From Nymphaea colorata (lineage: Eukaryota): a DNA stretch of 63,930 bases. The notes under the pieces were generated by a model that saw only the letters and a program-made list of their open reading frames with translations, did no database searches and was not told the origin of the DNA. Both the position numbers and the translations under genes were made by a program. The DNA lies in assembly GCF_008831285.2 (NCBI RefSeq), contig NC_045138.2, forward strand, positions 9,424,071 through 9,488,000, written 5' to 3'. The stretch's first letter is position 1. Each line of letters opens with the position of its first letter. Shown piece after piece: positions 15,689 through 28,199 of this stretch.

Positions 15689-16039
15689 GTTCCCAACTTT
15701 AAATGGATGGATTCAGATGCAATCAAATCTCCATAGAGTCTGAATCCGCTGCCACCTGAAGATGCATAGCTGAAGTTGGAAAATCCAAAGCTGAGTCCAG
15801 ATTTGCTATTAAGCGTTCTTTTGAGCCTGACAACGATACTGAGTCAGAAGAGGAAGACAAAGGCCATGTTGTAGTCAGAAGTCACGTATCTACATCTTTT
15901 TCAGAGCCTGATGCACAAAATCATGGCTCTTCAGAATCCTAACAAAGTGCTCAAAAGTTTGAAAATGTGGACCTGGAAAAGGCAGTTTTCTTTCATTGGA
16001 TTGGGAGAACGAAGGACCATATGAAGAAGCTGTTGAAAG
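15689..16039 (+). pseudogene. Spastizin-like exon remnant 2 (disrupted)
   Basis: TTGCAG acceptor; FPTLNGWIQMQSNLHRV, then a frameshift at ~15740, TGA at 15757, TAA at 15940 and a second frameshift before DWENEGPYEEAVE; GT donor at 16040. Confidence 0.85.
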
Positions 16040-16280
16040 GTTTTTCTCCTTATTGTCTATCTTTTATAATGTTTTGGACCTACGCAACAGCTGACTTTAT
16101 TCCACTGCAGTAGTATTTGTCTTGCTTTTCTCCTATCTTTTATGTTGGGAGGCTGGGCTGATTAGCATGACTGGATTATTATGGTGGACATTATTTGTTT
16201 CTCAAAATCTAATTATTATGATCTCTTGCCTGTTGTTGATATATGATAGAGGGTAAGCTAAAACTAGAGTCTACATGCTT

Positions 16281-16855
16281 GGTAGGTACAGTTTCTCATA
16301 TATACTTAAAGAAAACCGAAAAATTCGTTCAAGTTTATACCATTTTCTCTTTGAATTTTTCCTTTTATGGAGACAAAAAAACTCATCAAAACTTTCAGAT
16401 GAGTAGCCACATGAAGGTTATCACATAAACTATTTATAAAATTGAATTCAACACAAAACTCTTAGGAAGAAGCTCAAAATTATGCATGTTGTTTAGTTAT
16501 CTATAAGCTTAGTTCTTAGGAGTAGGTAATGAATGTTCATCTTCCTCAACAAGACATATGTCCCATATGTGATTTTTTTTTTTTTTTTTGAAATAATCTT
16601 ATATTTTGCAGAGAAGAATGCCCACATATACCTTTATAAAATGATGAAGCTAGCTGTTGTCTAGCCTCAAATGCTAGTTTCGACTAACCCAACTGTTGGA
16701 CCTCTTCCTTCCTGTGTGCATGTTAGGGTCTCAACCCCCCTATTTTACGCATTCATTTTTCAACCCTTTGACTAATAAATTACTATATGTGTTTCCTAAT
16801 TCGATTTATTGCTTCTCTGTAGAGATATTTTTCTTTACCATTGTCACAAATCCAA
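16281..16855 (+). repeat. Copy 1 of an inverted duplicated segment (partner 31630-32270)
   Basis: GGTAGGTACAGTTTCTCATATATACTTAAAG...TTGTCACAAATCCAA is the reverse complement of 31630-32270, with high similarity. Confidence 0.93.
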
Positions 16856-17210
16856 CGGTTCTTCACCCTCCCCCCACCCCAACTCAAAAAATAAAAAAAG
16901 CAAAAGCAGGACAAAAAGAAGGTAAAAAAGAAAAATAGGAAAAAAATTATGATATTTGAAGAAAAATGAAAAACTAGAAGTATCATTTTTTTTGTTGTTT
17001 TCCCTTTTTTCAAAAAGAGTGTTTTTTATGTTTATTTAATATTTAATAATTATTTGAATGTTGATCAATCTTTTTGTAAGAAAATTAGTAAAAAAATCTA
17101 AAATATGTTATTTTTTTATATTTTTAATTGTTTGAATTCCCAAGAAAAACAAACTTCCCAATGCACACTTTAAAAGAAAATCTCGTTGTTAGGGACCCAA
17201 GAATTGTATC

Positions 17211-17617
17211 TGTAAGAACCTGGCCAGTGGATCCCAACCCACCCACAAGCAAGTCGGAAAAAGGCTAAGAACCAGGACAACTAATCATTTAACAATTCCC
17301 TTTATAAGTCTCGAACAATTATTTATAATTAAACTTTTGGGGAGTTACAATCTCCACCCTCCCCCTTTAAGGCACACGTCTTCGTGTGTATGCGACCTTA
17401 GGTTGAATGCTGAACCGACTTTGATACCACTATAACCACTTGGCTGGCATATTCCAACATACCCTCTAACAGTTTCGGTTCCACCTCAGAAAAGGTAGAA
17501 TCAAGACAAAGTCACTTAATAACCCCCTTTATAAGTTTCCAAAGATTCTTTACAATATTGGATATGAGACTAAGGTGTTACAATATTAAATTTTTGAGTG
17601 TTACAATCCACACCCCT
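17211..17617 (-). mobile_element. TRIM (terminal-repeat retrotransposon in miniature), degenerate
   Basis: Minus strand: LTR 17605-17431, PBS TGGTATCAAAGTC (tRNA-iMet type) at 17429-17417, short internal region, purine tract, LTR 17349-17211. An extra purine tract at 17606-17617 suggests a tandem TRIM. Confidence 0.7.
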
Positions 17618-20600
17618 TAAGGCACATGAAACATCGTGAGATGAATTCAGCAATCTCTTTTTTCATCCACCAAAAAATTTCTTTTTATATTTGGATACAT
17701 TTTGGTGCATCTTGGATATATGGTACATCTCGATACCTCTGATTAAACAATTTTCAAATATCAGGCCTTCTCATGTCCCAACTATTGTTTCATTCAAATT
17801 AGAACATAGAATACCCTCATGTATATGTGTCTACCCTAATAAAATCACAAAGTCTCTGTTATAACCTGATCACTTCATAGATCCCAAAACAAAACAAATA
17901 TAACTAATATCTTTCAAACAATTTAATGCATTCTTATTACTGCTGGATTCTTGATGGTATAGTTTCTGTTTTAAGAAATACAGGTTGTTGTGATCTTGTT
18001 ATATATCTCTAAATTTTGAGATTGCTTTGTTAGTTTTTGTTTAGTCATTTCTCATATTGTAAAGAATCTTGAGGGACTTACAAAGGAGGTTGTTATGTGA
18101 TTGGTTGTCCTGGTTCTTAGCCTTATTTGGGCTGAAACCAAAATTGTTAGGGGGTGGATTGAGAACTGCTAGCCGTTTTCTTATAGTGGTATCAGAGCTG
18201 GTTCAATACTCAGACGTAGAGCCCCACAAAAAGCCGGCTTCTTATAGTGGTATCAGAGCTAGTTCAATACTCGGACCTAGAGTCCCACACAAGCAGACAC
18301 GTGTGCTTCAAGAAAAGAAGGGGTGGTGGATTGTAACAACTCTAAAGTGTTAAAAATCTTAGGGGACTTATAAAGAGGGTTGTTAAGTGATTGGTTGTCT
18401 TGGTTCCTAGCCTTGTTCGGGGTGGAAAAAAAATTACTAGGGGTCAGATTGGATCTACCAAGTACCAACTAGGTCATTACAGTATTGGTGACAATGCTCT
18501 CTACCATTTGTTTATATGTTGATGTACTAACATATGAAGTAATTCTCGTTAGTGTATCTCAGTGAAATGGCTTATGTTATGTCTTATGCTGTTACTGTTG
18601 CTTTTTGGAAAAAATCTGTTCCTCAGTTTTAGCAATAATTTAGTAACATTGACATCTTCATTGTTTCACGTTTGGTTCCTTCAATTAGATGGGAAAGCTT
18701 GCTTTTGCTTCCAAAGTTTTCCCCCACGTCATCCTTTGTCTGATTAGAATTATAGGATGTTTATTTTAGATGATGGAAGTTAATACTGGACCAGATGAAG
18801 TATCTGAACTCTTAAGACATTCTGCTATTCAGATGATGCTGGTGAAAGTGCACTTTCTGTTAATGAGTTGAATAAGAACCATTCTAGTGTCAGTGTCCAT
18901 CATATACTGTTCAGTACGTGGCCTCAGAATCCACTATCATATTCCAACATGCCCTCTAACAGTTTCGGTTCCACCTCAGAAAAGGTAGAATCAAGACAAA
19001 GTCACTTAATAACCCCCTTTATAAGTTTCCAAAGATTCTTTACAATATTGGATATGAGACTAAGGTGTTACAATATTAAATTTTTGAGTGTTACAATCCA
19101 CACCCCTTAAGGCACATGAAACATCGTGAGATGAATTCAGCAATCTCTTTTTTCATCCACCAAAAAATTTCTTTTTATATTTGGATACATTTTGGTGCAT
19201 CTTGGATATATGGTACATCTCGATACCTCTGATTAAACAATTTTCAAATATCAGGCCTTCTCATGTCCCAACTATTGTTTCATTCAAATTAGAACATAGA
19301 ATACCCTCATGTATATGTGTCTACCCTAATAAAATCACAAAGTCTCTGTTATAACCTGATCACTTCATAGATCCCAAAACAAAACAAATATAACTAATAT
19401 CTTTCAGACAATTTAATGCATTCTTATTACTGCTGGATTCTTGATGGTATAGTTTCTGTTTTAAGAAATACAGGTTGTTGTGATCTTGTTATATATCTCT
19501 AAATTTTGAGATTGCTTTGTTAGTTTTTGTTTAGTCATTTCTCATATTGTAAAGAATCTTGAGGGACTTACAAAGGAGGTTGTTATGTGATTGGTTGTCC
19601 TGGTTCTTAGCCTTATTTGGGCTGAAACCAAAATTGTTAGGGGGTGGATTGAGAACTGCTAGCCGTTTTCTTATAGTGGTATCAGAGCTGGTTCAATACT
19701 CAGACGTAGAGCCCCACAAAAAGCCGGCTTCTTATAGTGGTATCAGAGCTAGTTCAATACTCGGACCTAGAGTCCCACACAAGCAGACACGTGTGCTTCA
19801 AGAAAAGAAGGGGTGGTGGATTGTAACAACTCTAAAGTGTTAAAAATCTTAGGGGACTTATAAAGAGGGTTGTTAAGTGATTGGTTGTCTTGGTTCCTAG
19901 CCTTGTTCGGGGTGGAAAAAAAATTACTAGGGGTCAGATTGGATCTACCAAGTACCAACTAGGTCATTACAGTATTGGTGACAATGCTCTCTACCATTTG
20001 TTTATATGTTGATGTACTAACATATGAAGTAATTCTCGTTAGTGTATCTCAGTGAAATGGCTTATGTTATGTCTTATGCTGTTACTGTTGCTTTTTGGAA
20101 AAAATCTGTTCCTCAGTTTTAGCAATAATTTAGTAACATTGACATCTTCATTGTTTCACGTTTGGTTCCTTCAATTAGATGGGAAAGCTTGCTTTTGCTT
20201 CCAAAGTTTTCCCCCACGTCATCCTTTGTCTGATTAGAATTATAGGATGTTTATTTTAGATGATGGAAGTTAATACTGGACCAGATGAAGTATCTGAACT
20301 CTTAAGACATTCTGCTATTCAGATGATGCTGGTGAAAGTGCACTTTCTGTTAATGAGTTGAATAAGAACCATTCTAGTGTCAGTGTCCATCATATACTGT
20401 TCAGTACGTGGCCTCAGAATCCACTATCATATTCCAACATGCCCTCTAACAGTTTCGGTTCCACCTCAGAAAAGGTAGAATCAAGACAAAGTCACTTAAT
20501 AACCCCCTTTATAAGTTTCCAAAGATTCTTTACAATATTGGATATGAGACTAAGGTGTTACAATATTAAATTTTTGAGTGTTACAATCCACACCCCTTAA

Positions 20601-23410
20601 GGCACATGAAACATCGTGAGATGAATTCAGCAATCTCTTTTTTCATCCACCAAAAAATTTCTTTTTATATTTGGATACATTTTGGTGCATCTTGGATATA
20701 TGGTACATCTCGATACCTCTGATTAAACAATTTTCAAATATCAGGCCTTCTCATGTCCCAACTATTGTTTCATTCAAATTAGAACATAGAATACCCTCAT
20801 GTATATGTGTCTACCCTAATAAAATCACAAAGTCTCTGTTATAACCTGATCACTTCATAGATCCCAAAACAAAACAAATATAACTAATATCTTTCAAACA
20901 ATTTAATGCATTCTTATTACTGCTGGATTCTTGATGGTATAGTTTCTGTTTTAAGAAATACAGGTTGTTGTGATCTTGTTATGTATCTCTAAATTTTGAG
21001 ATTGCTTTGTTAGTTTTTGTTTAGTCATTTCTCATATTGTAAAGAATCTTGAGGGACTTACAAAGGAGGTTGTTATGTGATTGGTTGTCCTGGTTCTTAG
21101 CCTTATTTGGGCTGAAACCAAAATTGTTAGGGGGTGGATTGAGAACTGCTAGCCGTTTTCTTATAGTGGTATCAGAGCTGGTTCAATACTCAGACGTAGA
21201 GCCCCACAAAAAGCTGGCTTCTTATAGTGGTATCAGAGCTAGTTCAATACTCGGACCTAGAGTCCCACACAAGCAGACACGTGTGCTTCAAGAAAAGAAG
21301 GGGTGGTGGATTGTAACAACTCTAAAGTGTTAAAAATCTTAGGGGACTTATAAAGAGGGTTGTTAAGTGATTGGTTGTCTTGGTTCCTAGCCTTGTTCGG
21401 GGTGGAAAAAAAATTACTAGGGGTCAGATTGGATCTACCAAGTACCAACTAGGTCATTACAGTATTGGTGACAATGCTCTCTACCATTTGTTTATATGTT
21501 GATGTACTAACATATGAAGTAATTCTCGTTAGTGTATCTCAGTGAAATGGCTTATGTTATGTCTTATGTTGTTACTGTTGCTTTTTGGAAAAAATCTGTT
21601 CCTCAGTTTTAGCAATAATTTAGTAACATTGACATCTTCATTGTTTCACGTTTGGTTCCTTCAATTAGATGGGAAAGCTTGCTTTTGCTTCCAAAGTTTT
21701 CCCCCACGTCATCCTTTGTCTGATTAGAATTATAGGATGTTTATTTTAGATGATGGAAGTTAATACTGGACCAGATGAAGTATCTGAACTCTTAAGACAT
21801 TCTGCTATTCAGATGATGCTGGTGAAAGTGCACTTTCTGTTAATGAGTTGAATAAGAACCATTCTAGTGTCAGTGTCCATCATATACTGTTCAGTACGTG
21901 GCCTCAGAATCCACTATCATATTCCAACATGCCCTCTAACAGTTTCGGTTCCACCTCAGAAAAGGTAGAATCAAGACAAAGTCACTTAATAACCCCCTTT
22001 ATAAGTTTCCAAAGATTCTTTACAATATTGGATATGAGACTAAGGTGTTACAATATTAAATTTTTGAGTGTTACAATCCACACCCCTTAAGGCACATGAA
22101 ACATCGTGAGATGAATTCAGCAATCTCTTTTTTCATCCACCAAAAAATTTCTTTTTATATTTGGATACATTTTGGTGCATCTTGGATATATGGTACATCT
22201 CGATACCTCTGATTAAACAATTTTCAAATATCAGGCCTTCTCATGTCCCAACTATTGTTTCATTCAAATTAGAACATAGAATACCCTCATGTATATGTGT
22301 CTACCCTAATAAAATCACAAAGTCTCTGTTATAACCTGATCACTTCATAGATCCCAAAACAAAACAAATATAACTAATATCTTTCAAACAATTTAATGCA
22401 TTCTTATTACTGCTGGATTCTTGATGGTATAGTTTCTGTTTTAAGAAATACAGGTTGTTGTGATCTTGTTATGTATCTCTAAATTTTGAGATTGCTTTGT
22501 TAGTTTTTGTTTAGTCATTTCTCATATTGTAAAGAATCTTGAGGGACTTACAAAGGAGGTTGTTATGTGATTGGTTGTCCTGGTTCTTAGCCTTATTTGG
22601 GCTGAAACCAAAATTGTTAGGGGGTGGATTGAGAACTGCTAGCCGTTTTCTTATAGTGGTATCAGAGCTGGTTCAATACTCAGACGTAGAGCCCCACAAA
22701 AAGCCGGCTTCTTATAGTGGTATCAGAGCTAGTTCAATACTCGGACCTAGAGTCCCACACAAGCAGACACGTGTGCTTCAAGAAAAGAAGGGGTGGTGGA
22801 TTGTAACAACTCTAAAGTGTTAAAAATCTTAGGGGACTTATAAAGAGGGTTGTTAAGTGATTGGTTGTCTTGGTTCCTAGCCTTGTTCGGGGTGGAAAAA
22901 AAATTACTAGGGGTCAGATTGGATCTACCAAGTACCAACTAGGTCATTACAGTATTGGTGACAATGCTCTCTACCATTTGTTTATATGTTGATGTACTAA
23001 CATATGAAGTAATTCTCGTTAGTGTATCTCAGTGAAATGGCTTATGTTATGTCTTATGCTGTTACTGTTACTTTTTGGAAAAAATCTGTTCCTCAGTTTT
23101 AGCAATAATTTAGTAACATTGACATCTTCATTGTTTCACGTTTGGTTCCTTCAATTAGATGGGAAAGCTTGCTTTTGCTTCCAAAGTTTTCCCCCACGTC
23201 ATCCTTTGTCTGATTAGAATTATAGGATGTTTATTTTAGATGATGGAAGTTAATACTGGACCAGATGAAGTATCTGAACTCTTAAGACATTCTGCTATTC
23301 AGATGATGCTGGTGAAAGTGCACTTTCTGTTAATGAGTTGAATAAGAACCATTCTAGTGTCAGTGTCCATCATATACTGTTCAGTACGTGGCCTCAGAAT
23401 CCACTGTCAT
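17448..23410. repeat. Tandem array of 4 x 1490 bp, nearly identical copies
   Basis: Identical ORF sets recur at +1490 (18069, 19559, 21049, 22539). Unit borders share CAT microhomology, and only scattered SNPs separate the copies. Confidence 0.98.
18058..18481 (+). mobile_element. TRIM with duplicated PBS (repeated at +1490, +2980 and +4470)
   Basis: LTR-like 18058-18185; PBS TGGTATCAGAGC at 18187 and 18248; PPT AAGAAAAGAAGGGGTGGTGGA; LTR 18332-18481 (TGTAAC...TTACA) similar to the first LTR. Confidence 0.8.
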
Positions 23411-23442
23411 TTTAATGATTTTCCACATATATTTGTTTACAG

Positions 23443-23667
23443 ATTAATAGGTGAAGGAAAATATATAGATGCTCTTGCTTTATCTGATCGCTGTTTATGT
23501 GGTGGGGCTTCTGATCGGTTGCTACAATTGCTAGTTGAAAGAGGTGAAGAAAATCATTTACCCACTGACTTGCCACATGGTTATGGTATACATAGCGTAT
23601 GGAGCAATAGTTGGCAATATTGTTTGAGATTGAAAGAAAAGCAACTGGCCGCCAGACTTGCTGTCAA
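23443..23667 (+). pseudogene. Spastizin-like exon remnant 3
   Basis: TTACAG acceptor; LIGEGKYIDALALSDR...WSNSWQYCLRLKEKQLAARLAV; GTATGC donor. Confidence 0.85.
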
Positions 23668-24213
23668 GTATGCAGCAGCTACCCCTGTGTTACATTTCTC
23701 TTCTCCATGAATAACTTTTTACGCTTCACTTTTTTGTACAATAGATGAAGTCCTGGTGCACCTGATCACATTGGACTAATGAACTGATTTTTAAGAATGG
23801 ATATTTGCTAATAGTTTTAAGTCGTGTAGATTCTCTGCTTGACTTAGGATTTGGTTCACTATCACTGCATAACCGTAATTCACCACTCAGCTCTATAGTT
23901 TCGTTGTTGGTACCACTTAAAGTCTCATAATTGTATGCATTACCTTCTGTACTTTACCAGCTTTGCTTCAAGTCTCATAATTTTTGTTCTAAACCATAAT
24001 CCAGGCATTTAGACTTGTTTCTATTTGTGTATGTGCAGTGATTGATGCTGATTCATGGCATTCAGTACTTAATATTTTTTTAGTACTTGATCAATTTGCT
24101 CCATTAAAAGAAAAAAAAACAACTGATACTGCTGTATCTTTTACTGCATAAACCTCGTCATGCAAGTAATTTATCCTCTCCATTTCCCAAAGATGCAATT
24201 TTTATGCTTGAAT

Positions 24214-24541
24214 CATTGTTACAGAAAATGTGTTTATTCAAAAAACACAAAAAAAACGTTGAAAACATGTCAGCCTGAAAAAGGGCAAAAAAACATTTTT
24301 TTTAAATGTCAAAATGAAAAACACAAAAAAAACATTTTCACGTTTTCTTTGCATTTTTTTTGTTTTTTTTTTGTTTTTTGCATTTTTGACATTTCGTATT
24401 ACCAGATTTTTTTTACATGCTATTTTTAACAATTTTCCTTTTTAACTTTTTAAAACTTCCTGAGATTTCCTTATATTTTCCCAAGAAAAGCAACTCTACC
24501 CCCTTGCCATTTAATATCCGAAAACGATATTTGTGATAATG
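24214..24541. mobile_element. hAT-type MITE
   Basis: Termini CATTGTTACA / TGTGATAATG; 8-bp TSD GCTTGAAT/GCTTGAAA; A/T-tract interior. Confidence 0.75.
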
Positions 24542-25232
24542 GCTTGAAATATTGGTTTACATGTGAGATGTATTAGCCACATTGAGACAGGACTAGTGGA
24601 CAGTCCTTAGGGGTGCTTGAAGATTGCGAAGCATGCTGTTTTGCAGAGAAGGGGGATTCATTTCCAGTGGCTTGGAAAGGACATAGGACAAGGCCATGTT
24701 GAGAACTCTTTGACTACTTCAATAGGAAAACTATTGATAATTTAATTATAAATATCAATGGCTCTTCAGGTGCCAGCATGAAGGTCCATGTAAGCATTTA
24801 GCGAAGCTTTAAGCACTGTCTCTTTTGTTAATGGTATGCCCAATTCTTTTACTTTTTATTTCATATGATTTATTTGACATTAAAAAAATTGGAAGCTTTT
24901 TGTTATTTGAAATTATCACACATAACTAAAATCTTGTAGCTCTTCATCCTCAAATCCTTGATTAACTTGCTCAGGACTATAACCAATGATGGAGCAAATA
25001 AGTTCCAGTAATCATATCTAATTATGTAATTGTGACATAAGATATTTAAATTCAGTTCCAAGTCATGTTCCATGTATAACCTTCATAAAGAAGTAACATA
25101 AATGAGGCATCTCCATTTTCATTTTTGGTATCTTGCATTAACGTTTGCATGCATGAGAATAAATGTTTCGGCCTTCTGGATCATTAGTTCTTCATAATGG
25201 ACTTTTCTTGATTTCTGAAATATCAATTGCAG

Positions 25233-25323
25233 ATATCTTCATAGATGGGAGCTTAATGATGCGATGGATGTTCTCACCATGTGCATTTGCCATCTGCCGC
25301 ACGGTGATCCTCTTAGGAGTGAG
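25233..25323 (+). pseudogene. Spastizin-like exon remnant 4
   Basis: TTGCAG acceptor; YLHRWELNDAMDVLTMCICHLPHGDPLRSE; GTACAA donor. Confidence 0.85.
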
Positions 25324-26805
25324 GTACAAAATCATTGATTGTTTATCTTGTCTTTCATCTTTCGAGTTATTTGTGTGGGAAAACCGTTTTAAGTCTCTTT
25401 GTTTCGGGTCTGTGTGAGTATCTTGATTATGTCTAGGCCACAACGAAATGGCTGCCTGATTTGTCCATCCACCTATATGAGGCCAGTCAGGCCATCAAGT
25501 TAGGGCATTGACACTTTATTTTCCTTCATTTCATAGGTTGGATGCTTCTTTCTCTAGGAGAGGACCTTACATAATACATTCCTCTAAATTCTATCATTTC
25601 TTTATTCTCTCTGTCTCTGTCTCTCTCTGTGAGAAGCTAGAAGATTGAGAAGCCATCGTATTCTCATGGGTTTCTGATTGCCTTTTCTTCCGTTTGGAAA
25701 ACTATTGATTCTCTAAGCATTCACTTCCTTAGTGTATCATGTAAAAGTTATGATAATTCCAAAACAAAGATTTGTTTTTTCAAGCTTCATTTTTTTCTTC
25801 ATTTTCTGCTCTTGTAATACTGCAGATCTTTCAAGAACTGATTTCTTCAGCTTTTCTGAAAATGACTCTGTCAGTGTGGTAGTAAGATCAAAATCCATGA
25901 CGTGCATGTGCGTGTGTGCGCATGTTTGTTTACTCTCATCAAGAGTAAGGGGAACAACACAATGAGGTTGGTCAAAGAGGTCATCCAGGTTATCCTAATG
26001 AGGCTGAATATCCCTTTTGTGTCAGTAGCTTATAAGATGATTTAAGAGATTCCCTTAAATAGAGGAACATTGATAACACTGGATCCATAAATATTCAGTG
26101 TATCTTAAGTGCCTATAAGGACTTTTTTCGACATTTACCAAAATCGGGCCTTGCAGAGTTAGCACCGACTAAGAAACTTATTCAGAAGGTCTATTATTAA
26201 TTTATTTGCTTATACTAATGGTTTGTCAATTTCTATCTGCTGGATCCTTTTATTTTAAATTAAATCCGAGAAAATGACTGGAGTACTTCTGGCTTATTAT
26301 TTTACGTAACATTTTAATGAAAAACGAGAATACCATAATTGACTTCATTCCTACAGGATTCAAGCAGCAATTATGTCTCGATTCAATGAGTTGGTGATTG
26401 AGCTCCTGGCTTGGTAGTTGAACCTTTTAGGTTGTTCTATTCTATATCTGATTCCCAATGCCTGATTCTAGCATGCAAGCATGTACTTTGTGACTTTTTT
26501 ACAGCTTTGAATGTGGGCTGAAACTGCACATACACATCAATCATTGTCTTCATGTATTAAAAAGGGAATTTGAACAATCTACAATTTTATGAAGAACATC
26601 ATGGAGATTCTGGGACTTTTGTTAAGGTTGAAACTAATGCGGCCATGATCAGTTTCCATACTAGACTTTTCTGAAGAAATTAGGACCTTTGAGCAATGTT
26701 GTCAAAATATGATGAAGCTTTTAGTTAGCATAGCCTTTTTATGCCAATTTTTTCATACTTGTGAAAGCTGAAAATGTGCGTTGACATGGTGATAGCTATT
26801 TTTAG

Positions 26806-26992
26806 ATTATCATTGAAGGAACCATATCGTAAGCGGAAAAGCTCAGGATTGTCTCCATCTGAAAATACTTCTTGGGAAGCAATGACCAATTTTTAAGAGG
26901 ATCGTAGTTCAGTTAATGCACTTGATGGACAAGAAAGGTTTCCCTCTATTGCTACTTCTGAAAGATGGGTACTCGTAGGTGATAAAAATAAA
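26806..26992 (+). pseudogene. Spastizin-like exon remnant 5 (from further downstream in the protein; internal stop, truncated)
   Basis: LSLKEPYRKRKSSGLSPSENTSWEAMTNF*EDRSSVNALDGQERFPSIATSERWVLVGDKNK; TAA at 26894. Confidence 0.75.
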
Positions 26993-28199
26993 ATTGCTAT
27001 ACATTGGTTTTTAATGCTTTTCCAAAATATTGCATATTTTCCCCCCTTTTTTCTTTTTTTCATTTCTTTTTTTAATGTCATGATAATCTAAAAAATATCA
27101 TGATATTTATGGATATAACTCCATGTAACACATGAAACCTTCAAGTTGGAATGGGATGATATCAGGTCCTCAGACAAGTTTTTCGCCCTTAAACCACTCT
27201 ATTCATCCACCCGAAATACATGGAAGCATGTTGAGCATTTGAGGATGGAACATTCCAAGAACCATGATCAGTTATGGTCTTGGGGGATGTTTTTTTTCTT
27301 TGCTACCATTTTTATGATTAGTCAAAACAGTTGTCACAAATATCTCCATTTTTTAAGAATATAGTTTTAGCAACTGAAAATAAGAACAAAGTGGAAAACA
27401 AAAATATTGATTTCGTGAAAATATTGCTAGAACAAAAATTTATATGTTTTTGACACTTTCTTATTGCAATATTTTCATTTTTTCCCAAAAAAAGAAAATA
27501 TTTTGAGATATATTTTAATATTTTGGGGGATCATTTTATCATTATATATTTTTGAATTTTTTCAATGGTTTCATAGGAAAATTAGTAGAAACTCAAATTT
27601 TTATATTTTTTCCATGATTTGCTTGATATTTTTAAAATTTTTAAATTCATTAGAAAATCGAACTTTCTAATTCGTACCCAAGAAAAACCTTGTTGAGAAA
27701 CCCCAAGAATGGTGATTGAAAGTTGCAATCTCTATCTTGACAAACAACAAACAATGATGATGCAATGTGTTTGAATTCCAATGGTTTCTAGACATGACTT
27801 ATATATGACAGTGCTTTGGAGGGCAGGGTTGGGAAGTTTTCATACCAGGGTATGCCATGTGAGACATGCCAGATGAACTCTTGACATCCTTTAACTTGAA
27901 GGCCCTTTTGGATGGCATGAGCTCCGTGTTTGTAATTCTTAGCTGGTAGTAGACCATAGTTTTACTTCACTTCAAGTGATATTTTTCTTGTGCTGTCTGT
28001 GCTTAGGGGACTACTTCGGCCTAAAATGTTATGTTTCTTTCTTCTTTCACACTATTTTTGTTTTTTTATGTTTTTTTATGTTTTTTTAACTTGATATATT
28101 ATAGAACATGACTAAGCAAAATGATTATGTACTTTTGAACGATTATAAAAACTGGTTAAACAAATATGATTAATTAATTATAATTATATAATTGTTCAA

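Larger units (their letters stand above)
15137..26992 (+). pseudogene. SPG15: Partial, decayed copy of the plant spastizin / ZFYVE26 (SPG15) homolog; 5 recognisable exon remnants
   Basis: Exon translations match remembered plant spastizin motifs: CVPPVYPPRxGHGWACIP, YPLQLxxVKHL, DRLFYEFALDQS, FPTLNxWIQMQ, DWENEGPYE, DALALSDR, WSNSWQYCLRLK, HRWEL, YRKRKxSGLSPSE. Phases are compatible across the first four exons, but there are stops and frameshifts and no N- or C-terminal exons. Confidence 0.85.

Noticed and set aside
18187..18259. tRNA gene
   Set aside because: Only 12-13-nt matches complementary to the tRNA-iMet 3' end (PBS); no cloverleaf.
18069..23217. Repeated small ORFs (94, 63, 61 and 80 aa) as a tandem gene cluster
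   Set aside because: They overlap TRIM LTR/PBS and intronic sequence and recur only because of the 1490-bp duplication.
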